64,000 nt of DNA, from positions 5,941-69,940 of the forward strand of contig JBPOJQ010000010.1 in NCBI GenBank assembly GCA_052033375.1, read 5' to 3'. The translations under genes were made by a program, and so were the position numbers. The notes below the pieces were generated by a model. It ran no database searches. It was given only the letters and a program-made list of their open reading frames with translations, and was not told the DNA's origin. This stretch comes from Candidatus Magasanikiibacteriota bacterium (GTDB lineage Bacteria > Patescibacteriota > Patescibacteriia > Magasanikbacterales > UBA922). Below are positions 10,594-20,485 of this stretch, piece by piece (the stretch's first letter is position 1; each line of letters opens with the position of its first letter).

Positions 10594-11409
10594 ATGTCAT
10601 ATATTAAAACTAGAGAGGAACAATTGTGGATCACAGAGGGGGGTCATATTTTGGGAGAAATTCTTGAATATTTGGGTACCCTAGCAGTTTCTGGTGCGAC
10701 TGCATATGATATTGATTGTGAAGCTGAGGCACTCATTAAGAAGGCTGGTGGCAGACCTTCTTTTAAAGGTTATCGATCGAGAAGAAGTGATCCGCCATTT
10801 CCAACGACTATTTGTGCCTCATTGAATGAGGAGGTCGTTCACGGTATTGCAACAAACACCAAAGTACTCTCCACTGGGGATATTTTTACTATTGATATTG
10901 GAATGGAATACCCAATGAAGAGTGGTCTTGGGCGATTTGGAAATGGATTTTTTACTGATACCGCACTTACTGTCCTTATAGGACACACAACACCTGATGT
11001 CTCGTTACTTTTTGAACGCACCTATGAATCATTGAAGAAGGGGATTGCTGCAGCAGTGGTCGGAAATACAATTGCATCTATTGGAAAAGCGGTTGAAGAA
11101 TATATTACACCTTTTAAATATGGTATCGTGAGAGATTTGGTGGGGCATGGCGTAGGGTACCAGGTTCATGAGGAACCGCGCATTCCTAATTATTATGATG
11201 CGAGTTTGGAGAAGATTAAGCTCGAACCAGGGATGGTTTTGGCAATTGAACCTATGATCACATTGGGGAGTTATAAGGTGGAAACGGCTCCTGATGGGTG
11301 GGGTATTAGTACGGTCGATAAGTCTATGAGCGCTCATTTTGAGCACACGATAATTGTGACCGAAGGGAAGCCGATTATAGCTACTGCGCGGCCTAGTGAA
11401 AAATTTTAA
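10594..11409 (+). CDS. map: Methionine aminopeptidase type I
   Basis: NEEVVHGI, GHGVG..HEEP, AIEPM, SAHFEHT. Confidence 0.97.
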   Translation: MSYIKTREEQLWITEGGHILGEILEYLGTLAVSGATAYDIDCEAEALIKKAGGRPSFKGYRSRRSDPPFPTTICASLNEEVVHGIATNTKVLSTGDIFTIDIGMEYPMKSGLGRFGNGFFTDTALTVLIGHTTPDVSLLFERTYESLKKGIAAAVVGNTIASIGKAVEEYITPFKYGIVRDLVGHGVGYQVHEEPRIPNYYDASLEKIKLEPGMVLAIEPMITLGSYKVETAPDGWGISTVDKSMSAHFEHTIIVTEGKPIIATARPSEKF

Positions 11410-11467
11410 CGTGTATCGTTATCTAACTGTGTATTTTTCATGATACCTGGTTTATGATATGTACTGT

Positions 11468-11845
11468 ATGAATATTCTAGCAATCGATTTTGGTACAAAA
11501 AATCTTGGTCTTGCCTGGCTTGCGACTGGAGTGGATGTTGTATTGCCATATGGATGTGTGGATGCGACACAATGGAAAACTGAATTACCGAAATTAATTT
11601 CAGATGAAAAAATTGACATGGTACTCGTGGGAATTCCGTATGGTTCTGATGGTGAAGAAACCAAGAATTCGCAACGTGTCCGTTCGTTTATCGCAGAACT
11701 TGCACGCCGTATTTCAGTTCCTATTGAAACGATTGATGAGAGCTTTACCACTCGTGAAGCTCAGTCGATGGAGGGTGACGCGAGTCTTGATGAAAAAGCA
11801 GCGATGCTTATTTTGTCTGAATATATACAGTTGAAACAGAAATAA
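11468..11845 (+). CDS. yqgF: YqgF/RuvX family nuclease (pre-16S rRNA maturation)
   Basis: ILAIDFGTK, VGIP, DESFTT, DEKAAMLIL. Confidence 0.92.
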   Translation: MNILAIDFGTKNLGLAWLATGVDVVLPYGCVDATQWKTELPKLISDEKIDMVLVGIPYGSDGEETKNSQRVRSFIAELARRISVPIETIDESFTTREAQSMEGDASLDEKAAMLILSEYIQLKQK

Positions 11846-11862
11846 ATATTTGATTTGTTAGT

Positions 11863-12594
11863 ATGCCTCAGGGTATCGTGCTTACTCGCATTCCCTTTCG
11901 TGAGTATGATGAAGTGATATCTCTGATTACGAGAGAGTACGGACGGGTTGATGTTATTGCAAAGGGTATCAAAAAAATTACCAGCAAACTGTCAGCACAT
12001 CTTGAGCCTTTTTCACTTGTATCATTTGATCTTGTCCAGGGAAAAGAACTTGTTATTTTAACGACGGCAAGCACCGTACATGTCTTTTCGGGTATACGTT
12101 CTGATTTTATCAAACGTCTGGAGGCAGAGTATGCTGCGCATGCGTTGTATACACTTACTCGACCAGGAAATTTGGAACACGGAATTTTTGATCTATTTTT
12201 TTCATGGCTTGTTGCATATGATGAGGCTCATGTAGTCTCAGATGGGCGTTTTTTGGATTGGTTTATGTTGCATCTTATGGGGGTAATCGGATTTGCACCT
12301 GCATATATCGCCTGTATTGGATGTGGTTCATCGCACCTATTGAGTTTTTGGTCTTTTTCGGGCGGGGGAGTGGTGTGTGGTGCTTGCACAACGAGGTATC
12401 CTGATGCCGGCTCATTGATTAGAATTTCTCCCGAGACTATACACGATTTGTCCCGTTTATCGGCAATTGACATTCAGTCCCTCTCTCAGAGCAGTGCATG
12501 TGTACCTGCGGTCCACCATCTGTTGGTTGGGCATATTCAGTATCAGGCTGATACAAAGATAGGTGATTGGGCATACACTTGCGTTGAAGTGTGA
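11863..12594 (+). CDS. recO: DNA repair protein RecO
   Basis: GIVL..E.D, T.EYG, AKGIKK..SKL..HLEPF, CIGC..CGAC. Confidence 0.93.
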   Translation: MPQGIVLTRIPFREYDEVISLITREYGRVDVIAKGIKKITSKLSAHLEPFSLVSFDLVQGKELVILTTASTVHVFSGIRSDFIKRLEAEYAAHALYTLTRPGNLEHGIFDLFFSWLVAYDEAHVVSDGRFLDWFMLHLMGVIGFAPAYIACIGCGSSHLLSFWSFSGGGVVCGACTTRYPDAGSLIRISPETIHDLSRLSAIDIQSLSQSSACVPAVHHLLVGHIQYQADTKIGDWAYTCVEV

Positions 12595-12713
12595 AATGCA
12601 GTAGGATAGCTTTAAACTCAAAATAATAACTTACATCTAAAAAATTAAGTATTAGATAGGGTTTTAAATTTTGAACTGTAATTTTTTTATATTTGAGTTT
12701 TAAGTTTATAACT

Positions 12714-14009
12714 ATGAGAATATTTATTTCTGATATTAAAACACACGTAGGGGAGACTGTGGAGATACGAGGGTGGGTGTATAATAGCCGATCTTCTGGC
12801 GCTATTTCATTTATTGAAGTACGCGATGGTACGGGATTTCTACAGTGTGTGGCAAGTGAAAAAGATGTCGATACGTTATCGTGGAAATCAATTTCTGGAG
12901 CTACCCAAGAATCTTCTCTTTCGTTGACTGGAGTGGTAAAAGAGCACCCCAAAAAACCAGGTGTATATGAGCTTGCGATTGAGAAAGCTGTACTTATTCA
13001 TACTGCAGTGGAATATCCTATCGCGCACAAGGAGCATGGTCCTGATTTTTTGCTTGAAAATAGACATTTGTGGATTAGGAGTAAAAGACAGTGGGCTATA
13101 CTCCGTATTAGAGATGTGGTCGAGACTGCTATTAATGAATATCTACATCAAGAAAAATTTATACGTACTGATTCTCCGATATTTACCCCCAATGCGTGCG
13201 AAGGAACGACCACGCTTTTTCCGGTCCCTTATTTTGATTTGGGAGAAGCGTATTTGTCGCAGTCCGGGCAGCTCTATATTGAGGCTGCAATTGCGAGTGT
13301 GGGACGCTGTTATGATTTTGGCCCCGTGTTTCGAGCAGAAAAGTCTGTTACGAAGCGACATCTCACCGAATTCTGGATGATGGATGCTGAAGCGGCTTTT
13401 GTGGAACATGATGAGAATATGCAGATCCAGGAAGGGTTGGTGAAATTTATTGCTCGCGCGTGTTTGGAAAAATGCAGTGAGGAGTTCGCTATTCTTGAGA
13501 GAGATCCAGAACCAATCCGAAAAATGATAGAACTTCCATTTGTAAAATTGACATATGAGGAATCTATCCCTTGGCTACAAGAACGAGGGAGTGATATCAA
13601 ACATGGTGAAGATTTGGGTAATGATGATGAGGCGCTTCTTACGAAAGATAGTCCCGTGCCTGTATTTATTCACAAATGGCCAAAGAGTATTAAACCGTTT
13701 TACATGAAGCTTGACCCGACTGATCCTACTCGTGTATTGAATAATGATTTGATTGGAATTGAAGGGTCTGGTGAAATAATTGGAGGTTCACAGCGTGAAG
13801 ACAATTTTGATTTACTGCTTGAACGAATTCGCGAAGAAAAATTACCGGAGAGTGAATATAGCTGGTACACTGATCTTCGAAAATACGGTAGCGTTCCTCA
13901 TGCTGGATTTGGAATTGGAGTTGAGCGTATGGTTCGCTGGATGAGTGGGGTTGAGCATATACGTGAATGTATTCCATTTCCTCGATTGGTAAATCGAGTT
14001 CGTCCGTAG
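12714..14009 (+). CDS. asnS: Asparagine--tRNA ligase
   Basis: OB-fold start, YLSQSGQLY, FRAEKS..RHLTEFWM, GEIIGGSQRE, PHAGFGIGVER. Confidence 0.96.
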   Translation: MRIFISDIKTHVGETVEIRGWVYNSRSSGAISFIEVRDGTGFLQCVASEKDVDTLSWKSISGATQESSLSLTGVVKEHPKKPGVYELAIEKAVLIHTAVEYPIAHKEHGPDFLLENRHLWIRSKRQWAILRIRDVVETAINEYLHQEKFIRTDSPIFTPNACEGTTTLFPVPYFDLGEAYLSQSGQLYIEAAIASVGRCYDFGPVFRAEKSVTKRHLTEFWMMDAEAAFVEHDENMQIQEGLVKFIARACLEKCSEEFAILERDPEPIRKMIELPFVKLTYEESIPWLQERGSDIKHGEDLGNDDEALLTKDSPVPVFIHKWPKSIKPFYMKLDPTDPTRVLNNDLIGIEGSGEIIGGSQREDNFDLLLERIREEKLPESEYSWYTDLRKYGSVPHAGFGIGVERMVRWMSGVEHIRECIPFPRLVNRVRP

Positions 14010-14014
14010 TATAT

Positions 14015-15259
14015 ATGAAAAAGCTTATTTTCTTACTTTTTCTAATGGTCGCAGGTATTGTTGTTGTAGGGTGGAAAGTGTGGGAAAAATATGATACGAG
14101 CGTGCAACGAATAGAGAGTAAAGATATTCAAGAAAGACGTGTTTCCGCTGAGACACTACTTATCGAAGAAAAGGGTGGAGTGTTCTATTATTATTTATAC
14201 TCTCCAAGTATATCGAGCGAAAAAAAATTGCTTTTTGATCCTCTGAAAGATGGACTCTACAGAGTCGTATATATTACTCCTGAAAAAGATATTATTGCCC
14301 AGACGTACACGAGTGAATTTAGACAAACTATCAATAATGTAGAGTACTATTCCTACACGTATGGCGACTACGTGCGTATTGTTCCGACAGAAGATGGTGC
14401 ACGTGTAGAGCCATATGTTAAAGCCATTGCAACACATAGTGATTCATTTGGATTGTATGGGAGCATACTTCAATCAGAAAATGGAGATATTTTTGTTAAG
14501 TATAATCATCTTGCGCTTTTACCAGGGCAATTACTTAGTGTATTTAGAATAAAAGATGATGGTTCACATGAGCAGATCGCCTCTCAAAAAGCACCTGATT
14601 TCAATAGATTTTTTTATTTGTCTGATGTGGTGGATAATCATTTATATCTGTATCAAACAGGTGGAGATGAATTTTGTACCTACACTGCATTGTTTCAAGT
14701 AGCTGATATCACGAAGCAAAATCAGGATATTACAGAAATTACTTCACATAAATTATGTCGCGATACACTTCCTCAGGAAATGGTGTCCAGCATACTTGTG
14801 GTTGATCCTTATCGACATGGTTATTATGAAATCCGACATACTCCATTAACTAATGGTTCATTTGAAGAAACGCTCATGTTTAGTTCATACGATGGAGCGC
14901 AAAAGAAAGATATATTATCTGTACGTGGACAGTATGGTATACACACGACCAACACCCCGTATACATTGTTCGAAGATGTTAAGATCCATAAGGATCATGT
15001 TGTTTTTAGAAAAAAGAGAGATGCACATGCGACTACATTTTATGTGTACTATCCTGAAACAGGAGTAGTTTCTCCTATTAGGGATAAAACATTTGACTCG
15101 TGGTTACGAATCAGTGCTGTTTTGGCTCATGGAATTGTATATACTGCATATAATACGGAAACTAAGTTAGTCGAAGATTTTTTTCTTTCTCTTGACGGAG
15201 TTCGTCATGTGTTACTCAGTGCAGATGCACGTCCTCGCGATTTGTGGGATGTACAGTAA
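14015..15259 (+). CDS. Hypothetical exported protein (N-terminal TM/signal, beta-rich)
   Basis: 414-aa ORF, MKKLIFLLFLMVAGIVVVGW start; no recognised family. Confidence 0.75.
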   Translation: MKKLIFLLFLMVAGIVVVGWKVWEKYDTSVQRIESKDIQERRVSAETLLIEEKGGVFYYYLYSPSISSEKKLLFDPLKDGLYRVVYITPEKDIIAQTYTSEFRQTINNVEYYSYTYGDYVRIVPTEDGARVEPYVKAIATHSDSFGLYGSILQSENGDIFVKYNHLALLPGQLLSVFRIKDDGSHEQIASQKAPDFNRFFYLSDVVDNHLYLYQTGGDEFCTYTALFQVADITKQNQDITEITSHKLCRDTLPQEMVSSILVVDPYRHGYYEIRHTPLTNGSFEETLMFSSYDGAQKKDILSVRGQYGIHTTNTPYTLFEDVKIHKDHVVFRKKRDAHATTFYVYYPETGVVSPIRDKTFDSWLRISAVLAHGIVYTAYNTETKLVEDFFLSLDGVRHVLLSADARPRDLWDVQ

Positions 15260-15295
15260 TATCTATATCTAGATTTGGAGGTAATTTTTGGTTGT

Positions 15296-16342
15296 ATGGC
15301 AAAGAAAAAAAAGAAGGGCGGAAAAAATGTATTTAGGAAAGAACTGCCTGAAAAATTTATTGAGCGAGCTTCGCTTATTTTTGGTGCTTCACGTTTTCGT
15401 GAAATAGAGAAAACATTTGTGGGTAGGCCTACGACATTTCGAATTAATACGCTTAAGTCGACGTCGGAAGAAGTATTACCGATTTTATCTCAACATGGTT
15501 TTAAAGTGCAAAAAATAGGATGGTATCCTGGTGCTTTTGTGTTATTGAACAAGTCAAAACGAGAACTCACTGATTTACCATTGTATTCTGACGGAAAATT
15601 ATATATCCAGAGCCTTGCCAGCATGGTTCCGCCGGTAGTGCTTGATCCAAAGCCAGGGGAGAGGGTCCTCGATCTTACTGCGGCTCCTGGGAGCAAAACA
15701 AGCCAGATTACAGCCATGATGGGTAAAAAAGGTGAATTAGTGGCTAATGACAAGAATACCGTGCGTTTTTTCAAGCTGAAGCACAATATGGAGCTTTTAG
15801 GGGTCGCTGACGACCCCTCCCCGACACCTCCCCTTACAGGGGAGGGAAATGCGATTGGCTCTAAGGAAGGGTGGAGATTTGTGTTGCGGATGGAGCATGG
15901 AGCACAGCTTTCGAGAGAGTATGAGAATTATTTTGATAAAATTTTGTTGGATGCACCGTGCAGTGCTGAAGCCCGGTTCGATACGACTGATCCCAAGAGT
16001 TTTGGGTATTGGAGTGAGCGGAAAATCAAAGAAATGGCGTATACGCAGCGAATTTTGCTTCGAGCTGCGTGGCATATGCTGAAACCTGGCGGTGTATTGG
16101 TGTACTCCACCTGCACATTTGCTCCTGAAGAAAATGAGGTTCAATTGCAAAAATTTATTGAGCGTAGTCCTGATGCAGAGCTTATGCCTATTGTATTATC
16201 TGAGCTCCAGGCAGCACCGATTGCGAATTCTTTCAAGAACATATCTATTAGTGAATCAATCAGAAAAAATGCATTTAGAATTTTACCAAACAGTCATATT
16301 GAAGGATTTTTTGTTGCTAAGATGAGGAAAAGAATTATATAA
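15296..16342 (+). CDS. RsmB/RsmF (NOL1/NOP2) RNA m5C methyltransferase
   Basis: VLDLTAAPGSKT, ILLDAPCS, LVYSTCT..PEENE, EGFF. Confidence 0.93.
   Translation: MAKKKKKGGKNVFRKELPEKFIERASLIFGASRFREIEKTFVGRPTTFRINTLKSTSEEVLPILSQHGFKVQKIGWYPGAFVLLNKSKRELTDLPLYSDGKLYIQSLASMVPPVVLDPKPGERVLDLTAAPGSKTSQITAMMGKKGELVANDKNTVRFFKLKHNMELLGVADDPSPTPPLTGEGNAIGSKEGWRFVLRMEHGAQLSREYENYFDKILLDAPCSAEARFDTTDPKSFGYWSERKIKEMAYTQRILLRAAWHMLKPGGVLVYSTCTFAPEENEVQLQKFIERSPDAELMPIVLSELQAAPIANSFKNISISESIRKNAFRILPNSHIEGFFVAKMRKRII
15813..15846. repeat. Short palindromic element inserted in frame in the methyltransferase gene
   Basis: ACCCCTCCCCGACA-CCTCCCCT-tac-AGGGGAGG-G; second copy at 23287-23319. Confidence 0.75.
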
Positions 16343-16345
16343 AAT

Positions 16346-16650
16346 GTCATCCCCGCGAAAGCGGGGATCTTGTGTAATAGGAGGGTTATGGAATATTTTT
16401 ATGTTTATATCTTAGCAAGTTCTAAAAATGGTGTTTTGTATATTGGAGTTACGAACAATCTAACATGTAGGGTCCAGAAACATAAAGCAGGAATTATTGA
16501 GGGGTTTACGAAAAAGTATTTTGTACATAAATTAGTATATTTTGAGACTTTTACTTCTATTAAAGAGGCTATTACGAGAGAGAAACAAAATCCTGAATGG
16601 AAGGATTTGTGTGACTAGATTCTAAAGATTCCCGCTTTCGCGGGAATGAC
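16346..16650. mobile_element. REP/dRS3-like palindrome-flanked GIY-YIG cassette
   Basis: GTCATCCCCGCGAAAGCGGGGATCT (16346-16370) and inverted AGATTCCCGCTTTCGCGGGAATGAC (16626-16650) bracket a GIY-YIG ORF. Confidence 0.75.
16388..16618 (+). pseudogene. GIY-YIG nuclease family protein with an apparent internal in-frame deletion
   Basis: YVYILAS..LYIGVT, GFTKKY, EAITREKQ joined directly to NPEWKDL; 76 aa. Confidence 0.7.
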
Positions 16651-16774
16651 GTATGACTTTTTTAGTCAGGTTTTTGTCTACAAGATAAGAGGGAAGAAGG
16701 TACACACACGTTTTTGTAGCGTGTTATTTTATTTTATGGTATACTTGGTCATGTGTATTTCTAATATTTACTAC

Positions 16775-19700
16775 ATGAGGCGCTTTTTTGCACTGGTACA
16801 TACTGGTGTCTCCCAAGCGTACATAAAATTGTTTCCGAACACACTCAAAAAACGGACATGGTGGCCGATTTTTGTCGTTGGTGTGATATTGATTTCAGCC
16901 ATGGCGGTTGGAATTACTCATGCACAATTTGGTCTTGAGAGTTTGTTGAATGGTTTGGTCGAGCTGATTGCGACTATTCTGATTGAATTAGCAAAATTGT
17001 GCATATTTTTGACTATTTTTTTCTTACGTGCCTTCATTACTCTTGCCAGCTACAATAATTTTATTGATGTGAGTGTAGTGAAGCTCGGGTGGGTCATGGT
17101 TCGTGATGTTGCAAATCTATTCTTTATTGTCGGTCTTCTTGTTATTGCATTTGCCACCATTCTTGGTTTTGAGAGCTACGAATGGAAACACGGGTTGGTA
17201 AAAATTGTTCTCATGGCAATTCTTATTAATTTTAGTAATTTGATTGCGCAGCTGGTAATTGATGTTGCGCATATTTTTACGATTACTTTTTTGAATGCAG
17301 TGTCTGCGACTGCTGGTGGAAATTTGATTACGTTGTTTCAGATGGATAAGATACTCGCACTAGCCGCTGGAGCGCCTAATACGCTAGGAGAAACACGAGA
17401 AGTTGCCAGCCTCACTCTATTTGCTGGAGGCGCGCTTGCGTTTATTTTTGCGCTTCTTGCCGCACTCACGGTTGGTGCGTATTTGGTGGTCATGATTTTC
17501 CGTATTGTTATGCTCTGGGCATTGATTGTTCTCTCACCATTTGCATTCATGCTATATGCAGTTCCTAAGGGTGAAGATTATGCGCATGAATGGTGGAGCG
17601 AGTTTAGTAAGCATGTGATAGTGGCTCCCATTATGGTGTTTTTCCTATGGCTGGCGTTTGCGACACTGGGTACTGGTCAGATTATTACTGAAATTCAAGA
17701 TGATCCGAATGTTATTCAGCTTGATTCAACAGGGGAGGAAAAACAGAGCGTCACAGTGCTCGAAATTTCTACGTGGGAGAATTTTGCCAGTTTCCTTCTG
17801 GGAATTGGATTTTTGTGGGTGGGTATCAAAAAGACCGAAGAGACAGGTGCGACTGGGGCTGGGCTTGTGGGAGGTGCGATTGATTTTACCAAGAATGTGG
17901 CAACGATTGCGACTGGATATGCTGCAGGTAGGTGGTTGGTAGGGGCTGCAGGAGAAAAAATCAAATCTGACTTTCCTATTATTGGTGCCAAGTCAATTGA
18001 ACGCAAAGCTGCAGTTGTTAAAGGCGCAATTGGTAAGTACAAATCGAAAGTCGATATGGCAAGAGATGCCAAAGTTCAAGACTGGGAAAAAGGTCTCAAA
18101 GGTGCGTGGGATAAGAGAGATTTAGCGGGTATTTTCAAATTTGGAGCGAAACGTTTCCTTTTGGGGAGTGTTATAGCGTCTAGTAAGAAGAAAGATGCTG
18201 TTGCTGAGACGTGGGAAGAAATGGCTCATCTGGCGGATGAAGAGCACGAAGCACGTATATCGAATAGCGGTACATTTGGTGGTGCGGGTAAGGATGAACA
18301 ACGTATACGGACTGAGCTTGCTGTAGAACTCAAAGAGGCGAAGGGAAAACAGAAAGGTGCCGAAGGTTTGTTGAAGTTGAAGGAAAGTGATGAGCAGGTT
18401 AACAAAGATTTGGATATGATAGCTGAGACAGAAATTTTGGGTCATAAAGCAGAAGAGAGGTTACATACCGAAGAGGAGGAGCATCATTTGCATACAGAAG
18501 ACGAATTGCGTACGAAAGGGGAGTCTGCGTTGGTGAAAGACACAAAAAAATACTTTGACTCAGAAGATGCTAAAAGAAAGAAGGGTGGAAAGCCACCTTT
18601 GACCGAAGAGGAACGGGATGCATATATTCGAGAGAAGTTTAAGGATCTCAAAGGCCCTGCAAAATATGCTGCTCTTTCTAGGGGGTTAAAAGAAATGCAA
18701 GCTCGAAATGAGAAGTATAAGGACGCACTTGAGGATGAAGAGAAAATGAAGAAAGAACAGGCGCGATTAAAGCAGAGTAAGATAAACCCAGACTATAAAG
18801 CATATGATGAACGAGCTACAAAAGCTACGCTTCAGTATGAAAGCGCAAAAGGGGTATATGAAGCTCAGGCAAAAAAAGGTAGTGTTGAGATGTTTCAATC
18901 GTTGATTAAGGATCGTGAATTTCAGGCTGAACAACAGGAACAGGCACGTTTGAGTGGTGAGGTTAAGGCGCTTGAGGATAAAAAAGCTGCCGAAAAAGAA
19001 CTCTTAGCCTTAGAAGAAATAAGAAAAATATTAGCAGCAGGAGGTTTTGCTGAATCTATTGCAGCTCAAGTAGCTCTTGAAGCCAGTAAGGGACTTACTG
19101 ATGCACGAAAAGAATTTGTAACAGGTGAAGAAAGGAAACAATTCGGTGGTCCTGCTGTTAGAGGATTTGATCAGATGTTAGCAGCACAGGCTGTTCTTGA
19201 AAATCAAAAAGAAGAAGCTGAACGTAGTAAAATACATAAACTTGCAGAAGAACGTGCGGTGTTTTATGCAGGACAAGGAGATAATGCTCGTGCTGATGCA
19301 ATTCGACAACAAGCGGCTGCTCAGATTTTAAAGAAAGATAGTGAATTGTTTGCAAATTTATCATATAATCAGCGACGTGGAAGGATGGAAGTAGATGTTG
19401 CTAAACTTGATCAATTACGAGATGTTGTAAGTGCTGCGGCACCAGGTTCTCAGGCACAACAAGTTGCTGCAGAAAGATTAGCTCGAGCTGAAGAACGTCA
19501 GCGTGCCCTTGTCTTAAGTAATATTGCTGATGGATCTCAGACTGCTGAAGCAACTCGTGCACAGGCTGCTCGAGCTCTTGGTTTTGACAAAATAGATAGT
19601 TCTAATTCTAAAGAATTGGAACTCAGAATGTTGCTTGGTATCGCAAGAAATAAAATTAATCAAGCTACCGGACAAGTATATACAGAACGCGAACTTGAAG

Positions 19701-20458
19701 ATATCTTCAATAGTTCTCTTGGAGGTTTAAATGATCCGAGACGAGAAAATTATACTAGACAATATATTGCGGCAAATAAGGTGGCTGCTGGAAAAGGCGA
19801 GTTAGGTGGTGTACGGTTGATGTATGATTTTGTTGGTCCTAACGGTAGAATTGATAATCGTTGGCTAGATCAAACTCAGCGCGGCGATGATTCGTTAGGT
19901 CTTGTAGATTATTTTGCTGCGGATATGTCCCCAGAAGCTGGAGTAAAAGGGCTTGCTGAAGTTAAAAAAATTAATCCTAATACGGGCTCTTCGTCAGTTG
20001 CTAAATTTGGTCAAATAGGACGAAAAGCAATGAGAAAAATAACCAAAGGTCAAACCGGGAGATTTTTTGAAAACAAAAGATCGTTTAGAATTTCTCAAGA
20101 AATGAATGAAATAGAGGTCGATAATAATGAAAGTTTTGATGATTTTTTACAAGTCATCGAAAATTTGAAAGAAGATATGAAAGAACAGGGATTTGAGACA
20201 AGTAAGAGTGCGTGGTCAGAATTTTATAAAAAAATGAGAGAGTACGCAGTTGCTGAAGATGCTGCTGCCATGGCTGATCCAAATTTTGTTGGTCCACCTA
20301 GTGCTGTCTCACGATATGAGAGAGCTATAACACCTCCACCGCGACGACCTCAAGGAGTCGTGGGTGGTAATAATCAACCTCCGGGGGGAGGTGGTAGACG
20401 ACCAGGATTCCGGAGACCAGGGGGAGGTGGTAATAATCCACCACCTCAACAGCCGTAG
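16775..20458 (+). CDS. VirB6/TrbL-like polytopic membrane protein with very long charged C-terminal tail
   Basis: GWVMVRDVANLFFI..LINFS motif, multiple TMs, RIVMLWAL..SPFAF..WW; ATG 16775 follows extended -10 TGGTATACT. Confidence 0.72.
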   Translation: MRRFFALVHTGVSQAYIKLFPNTLKKRTWWPIFVVGVILISAMAVGITHAQFGLESLLNGLVELIATILIELAKLCIFLTIFFLRAFITLASYNNFIDVSVVKLGWVMVRDVANLFFIVGLLVIAFATILGFESYEWKHGLVKIVLMAILINFSNLIAQLVIDVAHIFTITFLNAVSATAGGNLITLFQMDKILALAAGAPNTLGETREVASLTLFAGGALAFIFALLAALTVGAYLVVMIFRIVMLWALIVLSPFAFMLYAVPKGEDYAHEWWSEFSKHVIVAPIMVFFLWLAFATLGTGQIITEIQDDPNVIQLDSTGEEKQSVTVLEISTWENFASFLLGIGFLWVGIKKTEETGATGAGLVGGAIDFTKNVATIATGYAAGRWLVGAAGEKIKSDFPIIGAKSIERKAAVVKGAIGKYKSKVDMARDAKVQDWEKGLKGAWDKRDLAGIFKFGAKRFLLGSVIASSKKKDAVAETWEEMAHLADEEHEARISNSGTFGGAGKDEQRIRTELAVELKEAKGKQKGAEGLLKLKESDEQVNKDLDMIAETEILGHKAEERLHTEEEEHHLHTEDELRTKGESALVKDTKKYFDSEDAKRKKGGKPPLTEEERDAYIREKFKDLKGPAKYAALSRGLKEMQARNEKYKDALEDEEKMKKEQARLKQSKINPDYKAYDERATKATLQYESAKGVYEAQAKKGSVEMFQSLIKDREFQAEQQEQARLSGEVKALEDKKAAEKELLALEEIRKILAAGGFAESIAAQVALEASKGLTDARKEFVTGEERKQFGGPAVRGFDQMLAAQAVLENQKEEAERSKIHKLAEERAVFYAGQGDNARADAIRQQAAAQILKKDSELFANLSYNQRRGRMEVDVAKLDQLRDVVSAAAPGSQAQQVAAERLARAEERQRALVLSNIADGSQTAEATRAQAARALGFDKIDSSNSKELELRMLLGIARNKINQATGQVYTERELEDIFNSSLGGLNDPRRENYTRQYIAANKVAAGKGELGGVRLMYDFVGPNGRIDNRWLDQTQRGDDSLGLVDYFAADMSPEAGVKGLAEVKKINPNTGSSSVAKFGQIGRKAMRKITKGQTGRFFENKRSFRISQEMNEIEVDNNESFDDFLQVIENLKEDMKEQGFETSKSAWSEFYKKMREYAVAEDAAAMADPNFVGPPSAVSRYERAITPPPRRPQGVVGGNNQPPGGGGRRPGFRRPGGGGNNPPPQQP

Positions 20459-20485
20459 TTCTTCTTTCAATGTTGAATATATTAT

